From Candidatus Hydrogenedentota bacterium (GTDB lineage: Bacteria > Hydrogenedentota > Hydrogenedentia > Hydrogenedentales > SLHB01): DNA of 64,000 nt. Below are positions 57,609 to 64,000 of the stretch, one piece after another. The DNA lies in assembly GCA_963674865.2 (NCBI GenBank), contig CAXXYE010000008.1, positions 544,001 through 608,000 of the forward strand. Reading direction: 5' to 3'. Position 1 is the stretch's first letter, and each line of letters opens with the position of its first letter. The notes below the pieces were generated by a model. That model saw nothing but the letters and a program-made list of their open reading frames with translations. It ran no database searches and was not told where the DNA came from. The position numbers were made by a program, and so were the translations under genes.

Positions 57609-58760
57609 CTAGGATTGTACGGTGATGGAGGCAAGGTAGATGGCGCCGCAGTGCTTGTAGCGGAAGTCCGGGGCGTCCATACTCGCGTGCTCTGAGTAGT
57701 AGACGACGAGGGCGTTGCCGTGGTCCAGAGGCACGATGCCGGCATATCCCGTGTCGCCGCCGCTCGGCAGCAGGGCCTGCCGTGTCAGGGCGCTGTCTTC
57801 ATAGAAGAAGACGCCGGTCCTGCGTGATGAGTCATACCACCGTTCGATGCTCTCCTGCCCTTCGTATTGTGAGCACCTGCCTATGGCGACGATGCGGCGG
57901 CCGATCTGCGCGAGGCCGGCGCCCTCAATCACGGTATCGGTGTTGACGTGCCGCCATTCGGTGTAGGGCGGCGAGGCGAACGAAGCAAGGCCGAAGTCCC
58001 GTGGATGTCGTCTGGAAAATGCCATGAGTTCGCCGGAATCAAGAAAACACAGCGCGGTCTCCGTGACGCGGTCATCGCTGATCACGGCGACCTCTCTCCA
58101 GGTGTCGGCGTCATCACTGGCCAGGAGGTAGTTTGTGCAGACGGGCGCGTCGATGTGCGCGGCGACATAGTACCTGCCGGCAGACTTGCTTTGGCCCCAG
58201 AAGATGTACCGGTCGAGGTAGGCTTGCCTGGGCTGCTGCCATGTCTTACCGTCCTCGGTGGCAACGAAATCGGTGTGTACGGGGACGCCGGGGGCGTCGT
58301 CGCGCCACGAGGCATGGACGTAGAGCTTGTTGTCGGCCTTGAGAAAAAACGATTCCAGGTGGTCGCCGGGAGGGCCAAAGAGCACTTGCGGCGCGGTCCA
58401 GTGCTGGAGATCGCGGGATGACGTGAGCAGGATTCTGTGGTCACGGGCGCCATGGGCGGAGCCGTTGGCAAAGCAGATGTAGTAGGTTCCACGCCATTCG
58501 GTGATGTCCGGCCAGCCGCTCCATTGGGCATCCGAATAGACTTGCCTCACCCAGTTGACCCTGACGCCCTCGCTCGACACGGCTTCCGTCACGGCTTGCG
58601 ATTCCTCCCGCTGTGTATCCGGCGCGGCGCCTGCGCGATCGGCTCCGGGCGTCACGCATGAAACGGCCAGTATGCCGACGCCGGCGATGATGGCCAGGCT
58701 CGCAAAACATCTGTTGGTACGCCGCACCGGCGCCCGTTGAGCTTCCCCCGTGGATGGCAT
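57609..58760 (-). CDS. BNR/sialidase-like beta-propeller lipoprotein
   Basis: Lipobox-like LAVSC; SRDLQHW, TEDGKTW, SDDADTW and LPSGGDTGY motifs. Confidence 0.75.
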   Translation of the reverse strand: MPSTGEAQRAPVRRTNRCFASLAIIAGVGILAVSCVTPGADRAGAAPDTQREESQAVTEAVSSEGVRVNWVRQVYSDAQWSGWPDITEWRGTYYICFANGSAHGARDHRILLTSSRDLQHWTAPQVLFGPPGDHLESFFLKADNKLYVHASWRDDAPGVPVHTDFVATEDGKTWQQPRQAYLDRYIFWGQSKSAGRYYVAAHIDAPVCTNYLLASDDADTWREVAVISDDRVTETALCFLDSGELMAFSRRHPRDFGLASFASPPYTEWRHVNTDTVIEGAGLAQIGRRIVAIGRCSQYEGQESIERWYDSSRRTGVFFYEDSALTRQALLPSGGDTGYAGIVPLDHGNALVVYYSEHASMDAPDFRYKHCGAIYLASITVQS

Positions 58761-59100
58761 GACAACCTCCCGTTGGCCCTTGTGGCCTTTGCACAGGATA
58801 CTTTAGGCAGGGGCGACAGGCAAGAGGGTCCCCGGCTCAAAGCAGCGGGGCCTACAGTCCGGTCTCAACCGCGGCCCCTGCGAACGTCTGCCGTCAAGAT
58901 CGAACCGCGGCGCCGTCGAGTTAGCCGGCCATTGCGGTATCGGTATCCTCCGCCCCTTGCCGTTTCCTGCCTCTGCCGTGCGGGCTAGGCCGCACGTTTG
59001 ATTCAACCTCCGGCTTCTGATTAACTCAGGAAACGCTATGGTTATTGCCATAGCGGCGAGATCTTGGTCCTGTTGATGGCAACTTTCTGAGGAAACGCTC

Positions 59101-61077
59101 ATGCATTTGCTTCTCTTGCTGGCCGTTTGTGTGCCCTTGGCGGCGCCCGATATCGCCCTCGTCACGGACGGCGCGCCGACGGCTGTGATTGTATTGCCAA
59201 AGGATGCCGCGCCCATCGCCGTCTATGCGGCGGACGAGCTGGCGTATCACGTCGAGAAGGCATCGGGCGCCCGGCTCGATGTGATATCCGAGCCTCTCGA
59301 TAAGCCCTTGAACAGGCCTGCGGTCTACGTGGGCGCGACGATGGCCGCGCGGGACGCCGGCCTCGGCCCGGAAGCGCTTGCGAGCGAGGATGTGTTGCTG
59401 CGTACTTGCGACGGCGACCTCTATATCGTCGGCAATGACGGCCCCGGCGATGCGTTGAGCTACAGCAACACGCACAGCGGCACGCTCTGGGGCGTCTACG
59501 AGGTCCTCGAACGGTGGCTTGGCGTGCGCTGGCTATGGCCCGGGGAACTGGGCGAGTTCATTCCGCACACGCGCACCATTGCCATTCCCCAGGTCGATGA
59601 ACGGATCCTGCCCCGCTTCGTGACGAGGAATCAACGGCCCGGCTTGGGGCGCCGCGGCTTCACCGAAGGCCATGAGCGCATGTCCTTCACTCCCGAGCAG
59701 GCCGAACGCTACGCCCACGATCAGACGGTCTTCCTTCGCCGCCATCGCATGGGCCGTTCCGCGAGCAGCCACCGCGCCCAACGCCGTTTCGGTTCGGGCC
59801 ACTCCTTCTCGGGATGGTGGGAGCGCTATGGCGAGGAGCATCCGGAATGGTTTCAGATGCTGCCCGACGGCAGGCGCGGCCCCGAGGATCCGGCGCGTCC
59901 GCACCGGATTTCGATGTGCCCGTCGTGCCCTGGACTGCACGCCAAGGTGGTGGAACTCTGGCAGGAAGAGCGCGCAAAGCACCCCGGCGAAGCGTTCAAC
60001 ATCGACCTCAGCGAAAACGACGGCTCCGCCCGGTGCGTCTGCGAGGCGTGTCGCGCGTGGGACGGCCCGCCGCCGGACCTGAGCGTTTTGCCGCCCGGCC
60101 TGGAGCGCTCCTACGAACCGGTTCAGGCAGGCGCCCGCTATGCCCATTTCGCCAAGGCGGTGTACCAACTCGCCTCCGCCATTGATCCGGACGTCAAAGT
60201 GACGTACTACGCCTATGTGAATTACTTCTGGCCGCCCAATCCGCCGCTGCAAATGCATCCCAACATCGTCATCGAGTTTGTGCCGTGGTTCCGGTGGGCG
60301 GGCTGGTTTCCGCGCACCGAGGCCGAGCAGCAATGGATCAAAGAGCAGTGGCTGGGATGGCAGCGCACCGGCGTGAGCGCCCACTATCGCCCCAATTGGT
60401 TTCTCGACGGCTACACCATGCCGCTGGTCTACATGCACCAGTTCGCCGATGCCTTCCAGTTCTACGCGCGCTATGGCATGGTGGGAACGGATTTCGACTC
60501 GCTCCAGGGGCAGTGGGCCGCGCAGGGGCCCAACCTCTACTTGCTCTCCCGTCTTCATGTCCGCCCCGAGGCCGCCGTCGATACGCTCCTGGACGAGTAC
60601 TACCGGGCCTTTGGGCCCGCGTCCGGCCTTGTGAAGGCGTACTTCACCTACTGGGAAGACTACGCCATCAAGAACAGTCCGCGCGCCGCCGACGCCATCC
60701 GCTCACGGAACGACGGCCGTTTCCGGCGCTACGCCAAATACGCGCAGGTGGCCGACGAGCTCTACCCCCTTGGGGTCTTTGTCCCGGCCGAGGCGATACT
60801 CGAACGCGCTTTGAAGGCTGCCAAGGCGGACAGCGACGCCATTTGCGCCGAGCGGGTGGTATTCCTCCAACAGGGCCTTGCCCATGCCAAGCAATGCGTG
60901 GCAACGGCGGGCGTCGTCAACGATCCGGACACGTCAATGGCGGAGAAGAAGGCCGCTATCGCGGAATTGGCGGCGCTGCGGCGTAGCCTCGAGCACACCA
61001 ACATCGCCAATATGGACCGCGCCGCCATCATCGAGGCCGACAGTTGGAAGGACATTCCCGACTTGTTCGAGCCGTAG
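59101..61077 (+). CDS. DUF4838-domain secreted protein (GH67-like N-terminal domain)
   Basis: AADELAYHVEKASGA, GTLWGVYEVLERWLGVRWLWPG, HPEWF, ENDG..CVCEAC and YYRAFGPA motifs. Confidence 0.85.
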   Translation: MHLLLLLAVCVPLAAPDIALVTDGAPTAVIVLPKDAAPIAVYAADELAYHVEKASGARLDVISEPLDKPLNRPAVYVGATMAARDAGLGPEALASEDVLLRTCDGDLYIVGNDGPGDALSYSNTHSGTLWGVYEVLERWLGVRWLWPGELGEFIPHTRTIAIPQVDERILPRFVTRNQRPGLGRRGFTEGHERMSFTPEQAERYAHDQTVFLRRHRMGRSASSHRAQRRFGSGHSFSGWWERYGEEHPEWFQMLPDGRRGPEDPARPHRISMCPSCPGLHAKVVELWQEERAKHPGEAFNIDLSENDGSARCVCEACRAWDGPPPDLSVLPPGLERSYEPVQAGARYAHFAKAVYQLASAIDPDVKVTYYAYVNYFWPPNPPLQMHPNIVIEFVPWFRWAGWFPRTEAEQQWIKEQWLGWQRTGVSAHYRPNWFLDGYTMPLVYMHQFADAFQFYARYGMVGTDFDSLQGQWAAQGPNLYLLSRLHVRPEAAVDTLLDEYYRAFGPASGLVKAYFTYWEDYAIKNSPRAADAIRSRNDGRFRRYAKYAQVADELYPLGVFVPAEAILERALKAAKADSDAICAERVVFLQQGLAHAKQCVATAGVVNDPDTSMAEKKAAIAELAALRRSLEHTNIANMDRAAIIEADSWKDIPDLFEP

Positions 61078-61081
61078 TCCG

Positions 61082-61132
61082 CGCGTCCAGGCCCGCGGCA
61101 AACGCGGTATCGGCGTTGGCTCCATCGGCGGT
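61082..61132 (+). repeat. decayed third copy of the ABC ATPase 3' end
   Basis: 37/51 nt identical to 52569-52619 without gaps; reads RVQARGKRGIGVGSIGG vs RIQARDELDIKVGTIGG. Confidence 0.7.
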
Positions 61133-61212
61133 AAGATCGTGAATGGCAGGACGATACCTTTTGCAGTAAGAGCTTAGATGACTTGATTCGCTTGCAAGAA
61201 AGGAGAAACTAA

Positions 61213-62208
61213 GTGTCAATAAAGGAACGCCCGCGATTCTTGTTTTCGTTCGGCAAGAAGCGCCGTGAGAAGGTTGTGGATGTCCTGAATCGCCGCGTTG
61301 AACTGTGCAGCAAACTCATGGATGCTTGGTTGCTGCTGTCCCAGATTGCCAAGGCCTACAAAGCCCCAGGAGCGAACCGCGCGATGCTGGAAGCCAGCCT
61401 ACTAAAGGCCAAAGCCGATGCCTCCCGCAATCACGCCAAGCTTCTGTCTGTCATCAAAGGGGACTTCACCTGTGCCGAAGACATGAAAGAGGTCATGCTA
61501 AAGGCGCCGTCACTTGAAATCCTCAATGGCCAGTCAGAACTCGCGATTCGGCAATTCGAACGTGAGTGGAATCAGGCTTACGTGGCACTAAACGAGGTGC
61601 TTGGCTCCCTAGAGAATAAGAGGCGGCGCGCGGAAGCCGGTGAGAAGGTGTCGCTTGAGGTGGCCGAACTCCCCCTTCCCAAGGGGACAGCGGTGGCCCA
61701 AGAAAGAAAGGAACCGAAACCGAAACCAAAACCTGCTCGATCCACTTCAGTGCGCGACTCGGGCGCTACCAAGACCTGCGGTCAGTGTGGTCAGGAGTAT
61801 CTGTGGCACGCGGCGAGCCCCCGGGAATTGACGCCACTAGAGCAGATGATATGTGCCAAAGAAGGCCTTTCGTTAGAAAGGACGAAGAAGGTCACGTGTC
61901 CCTACTGCAGGACAGAATCCCTGATGCAGGAACCACAACAGGCAACGCCTTTGCCGCCGCGCCGGCCAAGGCCCAGTACGACACCCAGCAGCACGGTTCG
62001 AGGGACAGACGGTCAGTGCGCGTCGTGTGGGCGGAGCGTCGATGCATTCCAGCCGGGTACGACGAGCGTCCAGGCAATCATCAAGGGAGGCCGGCGCTGC
62101 GCTTCGTGTGGAGTCTTCTCCTGCTCCCTTTGCGCGCGAAAGGCCGCATCACAGCACGGCCAGAATTACTTCACCTGCCCTTCCTGCGGTACCGTGTGGC
62201 CGAGTTGA
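61213..62208 (+). CDS. hypothetical protein: helical N-terminus plus six CxxC motifs (multi zinc-finger)
   Basis: AAAGGAG RBS and GTG start; CGQC, CPYC, CASC, CASC, CSLC, CPSC. Confidence 0.75.
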   Translation: MSIKERPRFLFSFGKKRREKVVDVLNRRVELCSKLMDAWLLLSQIAKAYKAPGANRAMLEASLLKAKADASRNHAKLLSVIKGDFTCAEDMKEVMLKAPSLEILNGQSELAIRQFEREWNQAYVALNEVLGSLENKRRRAEAGEKVSLEVAELPLPKGTAVAQERKEPKPKPKPARSTSVRDSGATKTCGQCGQEYLWHAASPRELTPLEQMICAKEGLSLERTKKVTCPYCRTESLMQEPQQATPLPPRRPRPSTTPSSTVRGTDGQCASCGRSVDAFQPGTTSVQAIIKGGRRCASCGVFSCSLCARKAASQHGQNYFTCPSCGTVWPS

Positions 62209-62292
62209 GCGTCTAAAACTGTCGTTACCGGAAAAAGCGCACGCTTCTGGGCCTCGCACATGCCGCGAATAGCTCGATAGAGGCGCAATCCA

Positions 62293-62433
62293 TCATGAGC
62301 TATCTTGGAAAGTCTTCGCGGCCAAAGGGGTACCGAAATCAGGGGGGTGGACAAGATACACGATCCCCATTCCGCCGTACTTGATGGCAAAGATGCTGTA
62401 GCCCTGCGGTAGTTTACAGCCGCGTTATCACAT
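62293..62433 (-). pseudogene. 5' relic of a Ser/Thr protein kinase gene
   Basis: AAGGAG RBS then ATG TGA TAA, continuing in frame RGCKLPQGYSIFAIKYGGMGIVYLVHPPDFGTPLAAKTFQDSS* (Gly loop and catalytic Lys). Confidence 0.7.
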
Positions 62434-62710
62434 CGTCTCTCCTTCGCTATCGTGCCTTTTCTTCACCATGTGTCTTCAAATACAGCGCGAACTCAGGAAG
62501 CAAGATAGATCGCCGGCACAACTTTTCCTTACGGTGACTGAGGCAGCGGGCAAACGTTCACATCCGGCCGTCGCTGGGAACAAGATTAGGCCAATTCGAA
62601 ATCCCAGTGGAGATCCAAGTAGCGCTCAGTCAACGTGCATTTAGAAGCCAACTGCAGCCTTCGCGAGGCCATCCGAACAGCAGAGCGCATTAGAATCGGG
62701 CCGTGATTGC

Positions 62711-62923
62711 TCATCCCGCAGGCTCCAGGATTCCCCATGCCTGGAGGAGCTTCACCCACACAGGAAGAGTGACAATCATGAGAATGAGCAGTATCAGGGC
62801 ACAACCAAGGAAACACGACCAAGGAGGACCTTCGTTGCAGCCGTTAATGCACGCCCACGAACCACCATCTGTGTAGATCATTATGCCTCCGCAATGCGGA
62901 CACTTTCCATAGTGAAATGTCAA
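62711..62923 (-). CDS. small zinc-ribbon plus single-TM hypothetical protein
   Basis: GGAG RBS and TTG start; CPHCGG...CINGC followed by a hydrophobic helix. Confidence 0.45.
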   Translation of the reverse strand: MTFHYGKCPHCGGIMIYTDGGSWACINGCNEGPPWSCFLGCALILLILMIVTLPVWVKLLQAWGILEPAG

Positions 62924-62925
62924 AC

Positions 62926-63607
62926 CTACTCCCTTCCTTTCAGCACGTTTCTCTCGCAGGGAAACCGCGTGCCTGGGACCCCAGAGTGCACGGGAAGCGT
63001 ACTCTCCTCTTTATGAGCGATGCAAGCAGATGCAAGGGGATGAGCGTCCAAGACAACATGCGAGGGATGCAGTCGCCCAAGCAAAGGGCCGATTTCGCGG
63101 TACGGCTTTCTATGCCTGTGTCTTGTCGGGATGTCCCCTGGGTTTGCGTGCCACTCCCGGCGCGCCTCGAACTGGCCCAAGCGCCGCTTTTCCCTTTTGA
63201 GGACGTCAACGACCCTTGGACAGCGCCTAATCGACTCGGGGAGCAGCAAGTCGCCTGTCAATTGTTCATCGAGTTCCTCGTCGGGCCCATATACGGCCAA
63301 CGCCTTCTCATATCCTCAGCGTACGAACCCAAGGTCTGTTCCGCGAAGGATTCACAGCGAACACCAAATCCCAGGTCTCTGTAATAGGGGTGGGCTGCGT
63401 CGAAAAATCGCTCGGGCATCTCTTCAATCGTGCGGTCGTTTCGTTCGGCCGAGTCGCATAGTATTTCGCGCCCTTGAGGAGTCTTGACCTCCGTCTCTTC
63501 GGGTAAACCGTCAAGGTCTTGCATACCCAAGGAGAAGTCGCCGGTATTGCCCCTTTGCAAAACACGCACAACATGGGTAACGTAGGAGGGGGACAGTCAG
63601 TGAGCAT
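62926..63607 (-). pseudogene. possible fragmented hypothetical gene
   Basis: Overlapping short ORFs (63308..63607, 63258..63569, 62926..63300), each protein-like only in part. Confidence 0.3.
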
Positions 63608-63664
63608 ATCTCACTGCAGCTGTTCGAGCTTCTGGGTTCTTGAGAATTGCGAAGATCGACCTTT

Positions 63665-63711
63665 GGCGGCCCATAGTCCAAGGGTCGCGGGTTCGAATCC
63701 GCCTCCGGTAA
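63665..63711 (+). other. degenerate 3' half of a tRNA-Met(CAT), att-like scar
   Basis: GGCCCATAGTCC-AAGGGTC-GCGGGTTCGAATCCGC-CTCCG gives an anticodon loop with CAT, a variable loop and a T-arm; no D-arm or acceptor 5' strand. Confidence 0.65.
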
Positions 63712-63744
63712 GTTGGGGCTAGTATATGTTTAGGAGGACATCAC

Positions 63745-64000
63745 ATGCCAAGGCTCGTGAGCGTCTCTAAGTCTTTTGATGTGTGGATATTGGCGAAGTG
63801 TGAATGCTGTGCAAGGGAATTCGAATTCTGTGAGACAGTGGCTTGCAGCATTGGGGGGATCGGTCTGGAGTGGCAAATTCCCTCCGACAAGAAAGAGAGA
63901 GAGCGCAGACTGGACGAGAGTCTACGAGACGAGTTTGCCAGACGTGTCACGTCATCCGATTGGGGCTTTCACCGGTGTCCCAACTGCTCCTTTGTGCAAT
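63745..64000 (+). CDS. Cys-rich hypothetical protein, runs off the window end
   Basis: AGGAGG RBS; open frame MPRLVSVSKSFDVWILAKCECCAREF...HRCPNCSFVQ; absent from the ORF track because no stop lies within the window. Confidence 0.7.
   Translation, partial: MPRLVSVSKSFDVWILAKCECCAREFEFCETVACSIGGIGLEWQIPSDKKERERRLDESLRDEFARRVTSSDWGFHRCPNCSFVQ

Noticed and set aside
63665..63711. Functional tRNA-Met gene
   Set aside because: The 5' half is missing, the stems are mismatched and there is no CCA; kept only as a scar.
1..64000. CRISPR array, rRNA, intact tRNA, integron or integrase
   Set aside because: No regularly spaced repeats, rRNA-like tract, complete cloverleaf, attC-like array or recombinase motifs were seen.

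Overview
GC-rich bacterial chromosome segment. Gene families such as H-X9-DG, DUF4838, DUF6785, DUF5060 and DUF4091 suggest Candidatus Hydrogenedentota or a PVC-like organism (inference). Most of the window encodes secreted glycan/small-molecule catabolic proteins and transporters. Points of note: (1) two DUF2294/MpsC-like paralogs, then a sigma70 promoter and a ~270-nt structured leader with a strong terminator, sit in front of GTP-dependent PEP carboxykinase and a Cys-rich protein, a candidate CO2/bicarbonate-linked attenuation system; an IS1202/ISNCY-type element with a 16-bp target duplication has inserted exactly between the first paralog and the promoter. (2) An uncharacterised five-gene envelope transport locus: DUF6785, a 1549-aa FtsX permease with a nicastrin/nicalin-like degenerate M28 domain, an OPT-like protein, a small FtsX and a LolD-type ATPase. 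(3) The last ~70 bp of that ATPase gene recurs twice downstream, increasingly decayed and each time directly behind the stop codon of an unrelated gene; similar orphan 3'-end relics (aminotransferase, HD-GYP) occur elsewhere. (4) A Hanks kinase fused to an MshEN-type domain. (5) A lower-GC, decaying right end with CxxC-rich ORFs, a kinase relic and a tRNA-Met 3' fragment. No rRNA, intact tRNA, CRISPR array or integrase was seen. All family calls come from motif recognition by eye, not from database searches.
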